Under the pieces are notes generated by a model, which saw nothing but the letters and a program-made list of their open reading frames with translations, did no database searches and was not told where the DNA came from. The translations under genes were made by a program, and so were the position numbers. From Rhynchopus sp. YZ270_cl-10 (taxonomy: Eukaryota): a DNA stretch of 64,000 bases. Shown here piece after piece: positions 24,790-36,439 of this stretch. The stretch spans positions 1,736,001-1,800,000 of the forward strand of contig OZ037841.1 in the NCBI GenBank assembly GCA_964035575.1. The letters are read 5' to 3'. Position 1 is the first letter of the stretch. Each line of letters starts with the position of its first letter.

Positions 24790-26474
24790 AGTACTTGCTC
24801 CAGGGGAAGATACCTGGCGTACCATGGATCCCAGGGGAAAAGACACGCTACAATCCAGAGGACGAAAAAGACATGGGGCCGGGTTTGGAGGCGCTATACA
24901 ACGATGTCCTCGCAGTGTCGGTGAATGGAAAGCTGTGCAGACCACCCCGTGTGCGCGGTATTCCAGAAGACGACTACATCGCGCCAATATGCGCCGGTTT
25001 CATGGACATGCGAAAGCTGCAGGAGTTGGACGTGACAGGTGAACTGCAGGGAGTGATTGATCTGATCACAGATCCAAAAAGCTTTTACACGCAGTTCCTG
25101 GAAGGGGCTCTAGAGAACGTAAGATACGACACACATTTCCGGAAAAAGATCTCACGAAATCTCATGCACCACCTAAAAGCGCTGAAGGACTATAACGTGT
25201 TGGAGGAAGTGGATCAGGAACCCACCGTCGTACTGCACGGATTCACAGTGGAGAAGAAGTCGGGAGGGAGAAGGTTTGTTCTGGATGGCAGAAAGCTAAA
25301 CGACTGCATGCGGCACCCACCGGACATGTGGCTCCCGCGAATGCCCCAGGTGATACATCAAATTCTACAAGCCAACTGGGTGGTGAATACAGACGGGAAG
25401 AGCTGGTTTTACCAGTTTCCGGTGCACCCAGACATCAGGGACTTCTTCGGGGTAAAAGTAGCACCACAGCGAGGAGAGTTCGTGACCACAAGACTAAAAG
25501 CTCTGTGCATGGGGTGGAAGTTCGCCCCGTGCATTGCGAACCGAGCGGCGAGAGTACTGTTGCCACCGTCAGAGGGCGTCACGTGGGTTGACAACTTCAT
25601 TGTCACCGCAGACACGGAGGATGAGGCGACCAAGCAGTTTCAAAAATTCCTCTCCCGATGCAACGCTGTGGACGCGAAGATGACTTTGGACGAGAAAGGC
25701 TACGGGGTACCCACACAACTTTTTGAAACTTTCGGCGTCTCTTTCGACCTCAGACACCATATTTATCGTTCAGACCCGGAGTGGATTAAGAAATTTTTAG
25801 CGAATAGTGCACACGCGAAGGTAACCGGAGGGATGGCAACCCCTAGGGAAATCTACAAGGTGGTCGGGGGCATGGTGTGGCACTCATATATTACAAACTC
25901 TTTTCTATGTTTCCTACCCGCGACACTGAGCTTCATGAGAGACATCGCTCGAGACTTATACAACACGGCTGCATGGGACACGCCTACAGCAGTGCGCCCT
26001 TCGGTGGTGAAGGAAGTAAAGGAGAGGACGATACGTATTAAGGAAAATCCATGGATTGAACGGGGACCAACATCATCTATCACAGCATGGTCCGATGCTT
26101 CCTCGAAGGCGTGGGCGGCGATCCTTGAGTCAGAACCGCAGCAGGTGTCACAGGCGGATTTCTCTAACGAGCAGGAACACTGGCATATATACAGGAAGGA
26201 ACTTTACGCGGCAAAGCAGGCCGTAGCACTTGCGGCAAGATCGGTACATACTACGCGACTCAGGCTGATGGTCGACAACCTCCCGGCTGTACACAGCCTC
26301 CAGAGGGGCCACTCTTCAGACTACCGCTCAAATTTCGTGATCGCCGAACTTTTCACCCTAGCGGCCGGCGCCCGCATCCAAGTCGCATGTGAATGGGTAC
26401 CGACGTTGGAGCAAAAAGCAGACAAGTACACGAGAGGCGTGGTGGCAGACTACCCGATCACACTACCGGTTTAG
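23949..26474 (+). CDS. Reverse transcriptase / RNase H of YR retrotransposon 1 (true start uncertain)
   Basis: RT motifs RFVLDGRKLN, TDGKSWFYQF, LCMGWKFAP, TWVDNF, FGVSFD; DIRS-type RNase H motifs WSDASS, HIYRKELYA, VDN, WVPTLEQKADKYTR. Confidence 0.92.
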   Translation: MLSGVLLEEPPKHVSAILRIQKRLGGETHMHNLTRSGAHILGGKEKVFRRSHGEFGAAIYDGRDGGVTADRGRTPGGVPNGAGLSSESAKDGSTDAGQAGQASTSLRSRIGDRAGEEAVDTFSTGYVLGDGGEGVGRAATQEAGDHHQTRRSGGSALEGDQRRSFPAGTLHGPPSHKNSAGNFSTTTASCPRSARFGFPTRDNIAPTRSRTTESQQGAVVALTEKRGCAVPPETEGAPRRNMPPHPPPNNGVSDPIRRRSGTTEGGRDGNHVAAAAGSHVKYLLQGKIPGVPWIPGEKTRYNPEDEKDMGPGLEALYNDVLAVSVNGKLCRPPRVRGIPEDDYIAPICAGFMDMRKLQELDVTGELQGVIDLITDPKSFYTQFLEGALENVRYDTHFRKKISRNLMHHLKALKDYNVLEEVDQEPTVVLHGFTVEKKSGGRRFVLDGRKLNDCMRHPPDMWLPRMPQVIHQILQANWVVNTDGKSWFYQFPVHPDIRDFFGVKVAPQRGEFVTTRLKALCMGWKFAPCIANRAARVLLPPSEGVTWVDNFIVTADTEDEATKQFQKFLSRCNAVDAKMTLDEKGYGVPTQLFETFGVSFDLRHHIYRSDPEWIKKFLANSAHAKVTGGMATPREIYKVVGGMVWHSYITNSFLCFLPATLSFMRDIARDLYNTAAWDTPTAVRPSVVKEVKERTIRIKENPWIERGPTSSITAWSDASSKAWAAILESEPQQVSQADFSNEQEHWHIYRKELYAAKQAVALAARSVHTTRLRLMVDNLPAVHSLQRGHSSDYRSNFVIAELFTLAAGARIQVACEWVPTLEQKADKYTRGVVADYPITLPV

Positions 26475-26542
26475 CAGCGGAGCGTAATCCCATTCATCGT
26501 TCGCGCGGCGTCCCTTCGATCCGAGGGTCCTTAGGGTCCTGA

Positions 26543-26816
26543 GTGGAAGCGTGCAATGCAACAAACGGTCGAGATCTGATCAAGCGAAACGGATATATTT
26601 TGCAACTGACGCGCTGGAGAGGCCCTGGCCAAACATGGCGTGTTAGGGGAAATATATTCGTCGCACAGATTAGATCAGAGACCCCACCCGATATGTTTCT
26701 CATTTTACCTCTTTTGTGCTCCGCCACCGACACTCCCATTTTCTGTACTTCAGGCAATAATCATATACCATCACACACTGACACAGTCCGCGTGTGCTGG
26801 AAACAATCAATTTTTT

Positions 26817-26863
<47 letters not shown>

Positions 26864-26931
26864 TGTCGGCAGGTGGAAGCGTGCAATGCAACAAACGGTC
26901 GAGATCTGATCAAGCGAAACGGATATATTTT
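26543..26931 (+). repeat. 3' split-direct-repeat block B1-A2-B2
   Basis: GTGGAAGCGTGCAATGCAACAAACGGTCGAGATCTGATCAAGCGAAACGGATATATTTT occurs at 26543 and 26873, flanking the A2 copy. Confidence 0.92.
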
Positions 26932-27375
26932 TTTTTGCGCGCGCGCGCTCAAAATTTGAGGGGGGTCCCGGACGCGTACCAAAAAAAAAAAATAACTAAG
27001 CCCTTATTATATTTTGTTAAAGATGTGTGCATGAGACGTGCATTCATCTTTCTTTTCTTTGTTTCGTTTCGTTGATATTTTTATTTCCTCACATCCCACC
27101 CTTTGCATGAGCACGACCGAGCTGCGTTTCAGCACATCAACTACTCTTTGGTGTGGCTCGGTTGTGAAATGTCGGCAACCCCCCACATTCACATCCTCTT
27201 ATGTCTCACTGCGACCAAAGTTAATGATTTTGGTGGAGTTTAGTGGAGTTTAAATACCACAAAACACCTCCAAATCCACCAAATTTCATGCAAAATCAGA
27301 CAACTCATGTGATGAAATGCATCTATACAAGAGTTGCGCCCCACACAATCAATGCCGTCATCGCGTATACTTTTT

Positions 27376-27551
27376 CATACTTCGTGGTCCACCTGAGTCC
27401 GCCAAAATAAATCCCACCAAGACCCCGCCCGAGTTGAGACGGACTCAGGTCCGTCTCAACTCGGGCGGACCTGAAACGGACTCGAGACGGACTCTCAAAG
27501 TCCGCCATAGTCCGTCTCAACTCAGGGCGGACTCATGTGTACCGCGAAGTA
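27376..27551. mobile_element. Small MITE
   Basis: Imperfect ~27-bp inverted ends (ATACTTCGTGGTCCACCTGAGTCCGCC / GGCGGACTCATGTGTACCGCGAAGTAT); TACTTTTT on both flanks; internal GAGACGGACT repeats. Confidence 0.65.
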
Positions 27552-28612
27552 TACTTTTTGGTTCCACATTTCTGCGCAGGTTCTTCTGATTTCCTATTAC
27601 AAACGGTCTTTTGCGAGGTGACTACGTGAATGCTTACGTTCCTTCCCAAGATTTCATTTCGTTTCCCCCTCCCCTCTGAAACGGTGTCCCACAGTGTTCT
27701 CGAATTGTGTCCACCTTTTGAAAAATTTGGAATACACAAAAACCTGCACGTGTGGTGACCACCTGCGTAGATGTCACACAACATAGCCATTATTATCAAA
27801 CTGTTTAATGTGAAGCACGTGAGACACCTTTATTTTTTAATTTCCTCCCATTGGCTGCAGGGGTATGCAGGACTATTCTGTTTTGTCCTCAGGGAGGTGA
27901 ACGTCCCTGCCCCTCAATGCAAAGTCTCGACCCAACCTTTTGGTGTTCTTTACATACAGTGCGACGCGGCGAAGTCGGCCTCAGACGTGGCTGAGGCGTA
28001 CTCGGGAATACTTACGTTTAAGTGCGCCTCAAAATAAACTCAGACGTACCTGAGGCGTTAATCGTAAGTGATACCGAGCACGCCTCAGGCACGTCTCAGA
28101 TGTATTTTCCGGCCAGGCCACTTTTAAGGCGTACTAGGCCTCCTGCATTGTATGAAATTATGTATACTTTTAGTTGTTATTTTTTTTGAGACTGGGGATC
28201 CTGTGTCCCTTGTCTCATGATGGTGTGCCGTGCTGTGAAGAGTGCTGGATAATGCCTCCTTCTTAAATTGGGTCTTACAGGCTGGTGAGAAGGGAAGGGG
28301 GTTTTCTCGGCACACTGACCCTGCGACAATGTGCAGGCAGGCAAACAGAACAGACACAACTTCAAAGTGAAGGCGCTTCACTGATTAAGAAAGGATGGTT
28401 TGGTACTGATAAAAAAATGACAGTAGTTTTTTTCTTTACACCCTTTGCACCCACCCCTGCCCATATTTCCTGCAAATGCATTTCTGTACCGAGCTACCTT
28501 AACCTCTACTTGATTGTCTCGAGTCCCGTTTTCTATTATTCCTTCAAACATTTCACAACAGGTTTTTTTCGAACAGGGGACCAGCCCCCTGCCTGCACTC
28601 TTTCTTCATTGC

Positions 28613-31600
28613 ATGTTGGCGGCAGTGGTGTTAGTATGCACGTTGGCAGACTACAGACTCGTGGGGTGTTATATTGACGTCCCTTCAGACCGTGACATCA
28701 ACGACCACGAGGACCGCTCGAAGGCGACCTTTGAGCTGTGCAAGCAACTGTGCTCTGTGGATGCGCCAGGTGCGCCGTACAACGTGTTCGGCCTGCAGGA
28801 CTACGATGAGTGTCGCTGTGGCAACAGCTTCGGCAAGCACGGCCTCGCACCAGATACAGAGTGCAACACACCCTGCCAAAAAGACACCACACAGATGTGC
28901 GGTGGCGCCAGCAGGAACTCAGTCTACCTCGTAGAAACCGACTCCCCGACAACCGCACCCGCAACAGACCCACCAGCTACTGACCCACCTGCAACTGATC
29001 CACCTGCCACGGATCCACCTGCTACTGACCCACCTGCAACAGACCCACCAGCTACTGACCCACCTGCCACGGATCCACCAGCTACTGATCCACCTGCTAC
29101 TGACCCACCTGCCACGGATCCACCTGCTACTGATCCACCTGCAACTGACCCACCTGCCACTGATCCACCTGCAACTGATCCACCTGCAACTGACCCACCT
29201 GCCACGGATCCACCAGCTACTGACCCACCTGCTACTGACCCACCTGCCACGGATCCACCTGCAACTGACCCACCTGCCACTGATCCACCTGCAACTGATC
29301 CACCTGCAACTGACCCACCTGCCACTGATCCACCTGCAACTGACCCACCTGCTACTGACCCACCTGCCACTAATCCACCTGCCACGGATCCACCAGCTAC
29401 TGACCCACCTGCTACTGACCCACCTGCCACTGATCCACCTGCTACTGATCCACCTGCAACTGACCCACCTGCCACTGATCCACCTGCCACGGATCCACCA
29501 GCTACTGACCCACCTGCCACGGATCCACCTGCAACTGACCCACCTGCTACTGATCCACCTGCCACTGATCCACCTGCCACGGATCCACCAGCTACTGACC
29601 CACCTGCCACGGATCCACCTGCAACTGACCCACCTGCTACTGATCCACCTGCAACTGACCCACCTGCCACTGATCCACCTGCAACTGACCCACCTGCCAC
29701 TAATCCACCTGCCACGGATCCACCAGCTACTGACCCACCTGCTACTGACCCACCTGCCACGGATCCACCTGCTACTGACCCACCTGCTACTGATCCACCT
29801 GCAACTGATCCACCTGCCACGGATCCACCAGCTACTGACCCACCTGCTACTGACCCACCTGCCACGGATCCACCTGCAACTGACCCACCTGCAACTGATC
29901 CACCTGCAACTGATCCACCTGCAACTGATCCACCTGCCACGGATCCACCTGCAACTGATCCACCTGCCACGGATCCACCTGCCACAGACCCACCTGCAAC
30001 TGACCCACCAGCTACTGACCCACCTGCCACGGATCCACCACTAACTGACGCACCAGTGACTACATCTCCAAAAACCAACGCACCGACAACGTTCGTACCA
30101 GTCACACCTGCCCCACTGACGGAACTACCACCAACATCAACACCTCCTTCACCTGCACCACCAACACCTGCACCTCACACTGCCACACCACCGACAGTGC
30201 CACCTGCAACACCAGCACCAACAGAGACGACAACAACAGCACCGCTGCTGCGAGACACACCGACAAGCGGTATCAAAGCGTCTGTGAAGGAAGACCTGAA
30301 GAAGGCGAACACGGCTGCTGGTGCTGCAGCAGTTCTGGGTGGTGGTGCAGGGAATGCAGGGAAGTTGACTGTGCTGAACAGCTTTGGGTGCGAAGTGGAC
30401 GACGTGGATTTAGGTGACGAGCCACTGGACTGGGAGTTCCACCCGACAACAATATCACTTGGGAGTGCAGTTGGGCGGTACAAGCTTGCGGCGATGGTGA
30501 TGAACCCTGTGGTTGTGATGTGCATTGCGCTGCTGGTGCTGTGTGCAGCTGCAGTCATGCAAGCAACACTGGGGTACGGACGTGAGAAGGCAATCAGTGT
30601 GGCACGTTTTCCTGGGATACTGTACGTCCCATACCTGTTCTTGCTGCAGGGGACAAGCCTTGTGGCGGCACAGGTTGTGTTTGACCCTTCACGCTACCCA
30701 ACAATGGTTGCAGTGCTTTCGTACGTGACACTGGCACTGTGTCTGCTGTCGCCTGTGCTGCTGTACACCGCTGTGCTGCGCCATGTGAAGAGAGAGGCGG
30801 AGCTCTTTCCAGACCCTGCGATTGTGGGGAATCCAGAGGCAGGCGAGCCTGGGAAGCGTGCGAACAGTTCTGTGTACAAGTTTGCGTTTGGGACAGACAT
30901 CTGGGTGTCACGACAGAGCTACTTTGCAGAGAAGTACGGGAACTGCTTTGAGAACGTGAAGCCGACGTGTCTGTGGTACATCCTGTGTGAGCTTGCGGTG
31001 ATTCTGTGTCTGTCGCTGTTGTCTGGATGGCAGCCCACCTCTGTTGGGTCCTGCAACACACGCAACATCTTCATCACGATTCTGCTGGTGCTGTTCTTTG
31101 TTGCAACAGTTGTCAAACGTCCGTTCTTGGCTGCGATGGACAACTTGATTGCTATCACGCTGAGTGTTCTTATGGCTTCAGCAGTGTTGGGGATGACAAT
31201 AGCTATTGCGGCAGAGTCATCTAAGGACAGTGCACTGTACGCAATCAGCAGTGTGTGTCTCTTGGTCTCTGCACTGATGGTGATGGTTAAGTGTGTGTGG
31301 GACTTTGGGATCTATGCCATGGATGTGCTGATCTCACGTCGCAGCCGTGCACGTGAACAGGCTAGGTGTCAGGAGAAGGAGCTTATCCAGAATGATCTTG
31401 AGCTGGAGCTCGTGTCGGATGTGGGGCTGAGCCCCAAGCATTCGAACGCTCTTTCGGATTTGCCATATTCCCCAGTCCAGTCTTCGTCTGTTCTGATGGT
31501 GAACAGCGATGCGTCTGGCTCACCCTCACCGGCACATGCTGCAGAAGGAGTAATCAAGCTACAGGAGATTGAACCCCCAACTCCAAGAGAGAGGGCGTCA

Positions 31601-31717
31601 CTGAGCTCCTCCCGCCATAGCGCGCCACCTAGTACCGAGCATACTACAGTGTTGGACCTCTCTGCCTGGCGGAAGCGGCGTGAGTCTGAACACACGAGGG
31701 TCCGAGTGTGGGTGTAG
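28613..31717 (+). CDS. Multi-TM surface protein, paralog 3: signal peptide, WSC domain, (ATDPP)n stalk, ~7-TM core
   Basis: Likely ATG 28613 (MLAAVVLVCTLA); WSC signature YRLVGCY...C...C...FGLQDYDECRCG...ECNTPC...MCGG...SVY; conserved TM core. Confidence 0.9.
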   Translation: MLAAVVLVCTLADYRLVGCYIDVPSDRDINDHEDRSKATFELCKQLCSVDAPGAPYNVFGLQDYDECRCGNSFGKHGLAPDTECNTPCQKDTTQMCGGASRNSVYLVETDSPTTAPATDPPATDPPATDPPATDPPATDPPATDPPATDPPATDPPATDPPATDPPATDPPATDPPATDPPATDPPATDPPATDPPATDPPATDPPATDPPATDPPATDPPATDPPATDPPATDPPATDPPATDPPATDPPATNPPATDPPATDPPATDPPATDPPATDPPATDPPATDPPATDPPATDPPATDPPATDPPATDPPATDPPATDPPATDPPATDPPATDPPATDPPATDPPATDPPATDPPATNPPATDPPATDPPATDPPATDPPATDPPATDPPATDPPATDPPATDPPATDPPATDPPATDPPATDPPATDPPATDPPATDPPATDPPATDPPATDPPATDPPATDPPATDPPLTDAPVTTSPKTNAPTTFVPVTPAPLTELPPTSTPPSPAPPTPAPHTATPPTVPPATPAPTETTTTAPLLRDTPTSGIKASVKEDLKKANTAAGAAAVLGGGAGNAGKLTVLNSFGCEVDDVDLGDEPLDWEFHPTTISLGSAVGRYKLAAMVMNPVVVMCIALLVLCAAAVMQATLGYGREKAISVARFPGILYVPYLFLLQGTSLVAAQVVFDPSRYPTMVAVLSYVTLALCLLSPVLLYTAVLRHVKREAELFPDPAIVGNPEAGEPGKRANSSVYKFAFGTDIWVSRQSYFAEKYGNCFENVKPTCLWYILCELAVILCLSLLSGWQPTSVGSCNTRNIFITILLVLFFVATVVKRPFLAAMDNLIAITLSVLMASAVLGMTIAIAAESSKDSALYAISSVCLLVSALMVMVKCVWDFGIYAMDVLISRRSRAREQARCQEKELIQNDLELELVSDVGLSPKHSNALSDLPYSPVQSSSVLMVNSDASGSPSPAHAAEGVIKLQEIEPPTPRERASLSSSRHSAPPSTEHTTVLDLSAWRKRRESEHTRVRVWV
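28958..30041 (+). repeat. Coding 15-bp tandem repeat, (ATDPP)n stalk
   Basis: Units such as GCTACTGACCCACCT with synonymous variants. Confidence 0.95.
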
Positions 31718-34700
31718 TTGCTTCACAACGTGGCGGTGTTTTATAGGTTCTGCGATTGTCGATAATATTATACATGTTTTAGCATCGTTCTCTCCCCTGT
31801 TTCTCCCGTTCTTTTGTTTATTTCGTTTACTACCTTTTGTGACGTGTGTGTGCCACCTGGCCTGCTCACGTTGCAAGCGTTTTTATCGACCTCCCTCCCA
31901 CTGCAACCTTTATCTGCGCTCCCTCTCTCTCTGGCTCTCTCCGTTGATATAAGGTACACATGTCTACCTTACGTAAATGGGTTTATTTTTTGTACAACTG
32001 GTGTAGCATGGCGACGGCGCAATTCTGCGCCATTTCCAATGCTCAGCTACTCAGGTGTGCATTCTTCTTCTCCACTCTCCTCTTGTCCCGTGGGCTCACC
32101 CGCGGGGGGAGGGAAGTTATTGTATTATGATTTTTACAGAAAAGATGCGTGCCCGAGACACAGTCATCTTTTATTGTTTTATTCATTATTTTTCTTTATT
32201 TTCTTTACTGCAAGGACAACCATGAAACATCGTAGGAAAGCTGCAACTGTTGCAGGCTTATATACCAGAGGGTAATTTTTTTTTCCCCCTTCACATGAAG
32301 TGTGTTCAGAAACCAGACAAAAAAGATAGCCAACAATATGATTTTTTGATGCTATTTCTGTTTCTGGCTGCGTTCAAAACGAAAAATAGTCTTTTTTTTC
32401 TTCTTCTCTCTCTTTATCACGTTATCATGATCAGTTGGCGGTACTAATTGTCTGGTTTTTTTAGTGCGTCTGCAGAGGCGACGCTTTCGTTAAATGTCAC
32501 TCATTTTTGCTCGTAAAGGCAGGATATACGGAGCTGGTATGCCTACGTCTTGGTTGTGTTTTGTGTTGTTCAGGTTTTGTTCCGCGTGGTCTTGCGTGTG
32601 TTCTTTTCCTCAACTTATATTAGAGATGTGTTCCCGTGAGGCGCGTTCATCTTTATTCATCTCTTTTGCTTCTTTTTATTCTTCTTATCCTAACATGAAC
32701 AAATATAACCCGTACAGAGTTCCCGCGGTCCTGCGGAAAAGTTTTTTTTTTTGCACCTTTTTGTACGTCGCATATGCAAGATAATGTGTAACGTGAGCCT
32801 CTGGAGGAGTGCATGTGGTTCAGGTGTCAAAAAAAGGTGACATCTGACAACAAAGAACACACACACAGCCTTGAGAGGTGAGTATCGGTACTATCGACGA
32901 CTCAAAGTAGAAGCTTCGGCTAGCATTTTGTGCACCTTCCACCCAGGTGGGTGCTTTGGGGGTATTGTCGATACATAAAAAGAGGTAGACATCCTTGGCT
33001 GCCTGCACTGTTACAAAAAAAAAAAAAAAAACAATGTTTTCAATAAAACACAGAACCGTCCTCAAATTGAGTCAATACAACAAAAATTAATTTATAACAA
33101 AAGATCACACAACATACACACACCTCCCCCGAGAAAGAGAAAATAAAAATTGGTTCAAAAAAAAAAGTTGCAATTCTGAATTCTTTCCTATGTTGCACAA
33201 TAACGCAAGCTTAGATCCGGCAGGTGCAAAAGGTGACCCTGACCCACAGAGTTTCCTGCACTTTAATAAACGTGAAAACGCTAAAAAAAAAAACCACACA
33301 AATCCCCCAAAAAAAGAGTCTTTTGTAAAAAATAGGGCAAGTTGAGTTGCAGAGTTTGGTACAAAAAAATTTTTTGTAGAGACTGTAAGGCATTCTTGCC
33401 CTGTAGTGAACGAAACAACGAAACCCCGCCAGTCCTGAAACAGGGGGCGGTCTCGTGTGCACATTAGTTGCACACATCTCCGATTCGTTGACAACAAACT
33501 GTATTAGTATACCTAGGCCCCTAGGAGATGCATAGTTAGTGTCATTTTTTCCCCCCTTCTGTTGGCCGCAGGTTTGTGCTTTCATCCGGATGGCTGGCAT
33601 CGTACAGGGGTCAATCGGAGGGTGTGCCTGCAACAACAATCATTTTTTTAAAACAATAGTACAAAAAGAGAGTGAAGACTGTCTGTATGTCTACTATCGT
33701 CTAAACCGATTTTCAAAAAAAAAAAAAGACATAAAATTTGTCATCAAAAAAGCTCCCTTAAAGGAGGACTCTAATTCCTTCCCCACACCCCCACCCCCCG
33801 CACCAAAGAAATTCGTTTTTTATTCACCCCCCCCCCGCACTCTCAGTTTTAGTTTCGCCGTGTACACGTTTTTTTTTCGATTACCCCCAACCACTCACAC
33901 GGCTTGAGTTTTGTTTTGTTTTTGTTTGTTTTTTTTTGGTCCCGGTTTGCCAAGCTAGAATAGCAAGGCCGTTTCCTGTAGAATGGATGCACCTTGTATT
34001 GTTTGCTCTACTTTCATCAAAAGTCAAGAGTTTATTTTTTTTTGTGGAGCTCATCCTCGGGTGTGTACACTACAAAAAGAGAGAATGGAGACACAGAGTG
34101 GTATTCCATTCTCGCGTTTTTTTTTTTTTTTTGAGTTGCTTTTTCTCTCGTCAAAACGCTAACTAAATCTTTTTCCTCTGCGTTCTTCTCAACCACTCTC
34201 TCTCTCTCTCCACCACTTTCCACGCTACGGCTACATTTTTATCAAGCTACTCAGGCGACTAAGCAGAGGCTTAGGTTCTTTTTTTGTAATTTTTATCTCT
34301 TTCCCCCCCTTTTCATTCCAACCTCCCGTCCACCATTGGTGCCCATTCTATTTAATTCATAGTAAGACGTTGTGCACGAAGAGGCACAACTCCATCTTAC
34401 AAGCTTTCTTTCCTTCATTTCCTCCAAAAACCGCCTCCCTGCCTCTACTTTCTTCTTGGATGATTTCCATCAGATGTGTGTGCACGAGACGCACATTCAT
34501 CTTTCTTTTCTCTTTGTTGTGCTTTCATCCGACTGACATCGTACGTAGGTCAGTCAAGATGACCGCATCAATAACTATTCTTTGTTTTTTTTTTTTGGGT
34601 CAGACCCAGGGGGTGGACTACAGATGAGGGATGTGTCGTCTGTAGTTCCTCCCATTGGCTGCAGGGGTATGCAGGACTATTCTGTTTTGTCCTCAGGGAG

Positions 34701-36439
34701 GTGAACGTCCCTGCCCCTCAATGCAAAGTCAAAACCCCTGGCTAGGGGTATATAAATGCTGGGCTGGTGGCTTCCCCATATGCTATGGGTGTTCTGCACT
34801 CAGAGTATGAAACAGCGACCAACAGACACCAGAGCTTGCTCTGTGCACCTTGGGTTACGATTCCTCCTGAAAGGACTTCTTCGCAATCCCGAAGAGAGGG
34901 CTGAGGTCACGAGCGGTTGTTGTACCGCCCCCTCCGTTGTTCACGCGACGGTACGGGCAAGTGATTATGGTTTCCTTTTTTGTTACGATTTCACACCTTC
35001 TGTTGTCCGCATGGCTAAGGGGCTGCATTAGTTAGCTACCATTATGTACTCGCCCTGCACCACAGAGAGGTGTCCGCACTTATCAACTTCACTTTTTTTT
35101 TTTTCAAATTTTTCTTTTTTGCATCGATTTGCTATATCATCAGTATAAAGTCTTCGCGCGTTTTTTGAAATTTTTGTGGAGCAATGAGTGAAAGTTAAAT
35201 GGCATTTATTTTCACTTTAATTTTTTTTTTGGCTTGGGTACTAATAGTCTATGGAATTTTCACTCCTTAATTCGTTCAGTACGTTCAAAATACTCTCCGT
35301 ACAACCCATTTATTGAATTATGGGTATTTTCTGAGGACATTTTCGACGTTATCAACGACTACATCAAAAACTTCATGACGAAAGACATGAAGGATGATTC
35401 ACTCGTTTGTAAAACAAGCATTTTTCTCTGTCACATGCCTCAGACTTCCCGATATGTGAACCTTTGTACACATCACAATGCCTATTACTCTATACATTTC
35501 AAAAACGCACCTCGACTTTTCACTCGTGATATATAATTACGTTATTTGCACAATAGTGGATGTGATCTCACTGCGGTGGTGGTAGTGGTGTCTCTTGCTG
35601 CTGCCTTTGACGTGGCTCGTTCTCTCATTGTCATTTCGTATACATAACTACACTTCGCTGTACTTTGCAGTGTAGCAGCTGCAGCAAAGCACCCAACCCA
35701 CCACCTTCAGTAAGATCAAAAGTCCACTTCATATGCAATAAATAGGACAAAAAAAATTATACAATTGTGGTCCAGCTTTCGTTACCTTACGACGACTGCA
35801 GCAGACCACTTACCCCACTGTTTTCAGATTCTTAAAAGGATGTGAGATTTTTCTTTTTTGCTGTTTATAAAAAGTCTTTACGAAGTCTTTTGCATTGTAC
35901 ACTTTGTCTTCTTTGGCTACAGTGTATAATAATATAGGAATGGTTAGGTGCCTACTGCTGGCATTGGATTGATGAAAATAAGGAGGGAAAAAGACAAACA
36001 TAAAAACAACAAAAAAAAAGACACTCTCTTCAATCAAGTCTGCAGTAGGCACCTCCCTTTCTAGCGTGCTTTGCCACGTTTATGCAAACGTATATGGTAG
36101 TTGCAGCGAAACGGCCCCACATCAGAGGCTGTTTTTTCATTAAAAAGGTTTTCTGGACAGTGAAGGCTTCGTCTGTGATGGGCTACACTAAATTTACAGA
36201 TTATCAAAAAAGTATAAAAGAACGTGAAAAAAAAATAATCAGTGCCACAAAAAAGCAACCGAAATAGGGAGACAATGAATGGTGTGGCTCAAAACCCCCA
36301 AAGTATACCACAAAATTGCAAAAGTACAAAAAATTACACTTTATTTTTGGGATGAGCCCACAACCAGTGAATGAAATATGTTGGGGCCGCCTGCTCCAAA
36401 AAAAAGCGGAGATTCATTTATTGCGCAATTGTGGCAAAT

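Larger units (their letters stand above)
22065..26931 (+). mobile_element. Complete tyrosine-recombinase retrotransposon, VIPER/TATE-like (A1-gag-YR-RT/RH-B1-A2-B2)
   Basis: Split direct repeats A1 22065-22355, B1 26543-26601, A2 26596-26860, B2 26873-26931; three uninterrupted ORFs with YR, RT and RNase H motifs; no true TSD, only a shared TATTTT at both ends and at the B1/A2 junction. Confidence 0.93.
18934..27003. mobile_element. PIF/Harbinger-like non-autonomous element expanded by nested insertions
   Basis: TIR GGGCTTAGTTATTTTTTTTTTTTGGTACGCGTCC (18934-18967) and its reverse complement (26970-27003); TTA on both sides (18931-18933, 27004-27006); extra inverted motif at 19171-19186 / 22046-22061. 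Confidence 0.75.

Noticed and set aside
23839..26474. Prokaryotic reading of integrase plus RT (prophage, retron or diversity-generating retroelement acting on the lectin-like genes)
   Set aside because: DIRS-type RNase H, gag-like ORF and split direct repeats identify YR retrotransposons; I saw no template/variable repeat pair with adenine-specific differences.
26863..26872. GT...AG 10-mer (GTGTCGGCAG) present before B2 but absent at B1, as a possible intron
   Set aside because: Far too short for a spliceosomal intron; treated as a spacer or junction indel.
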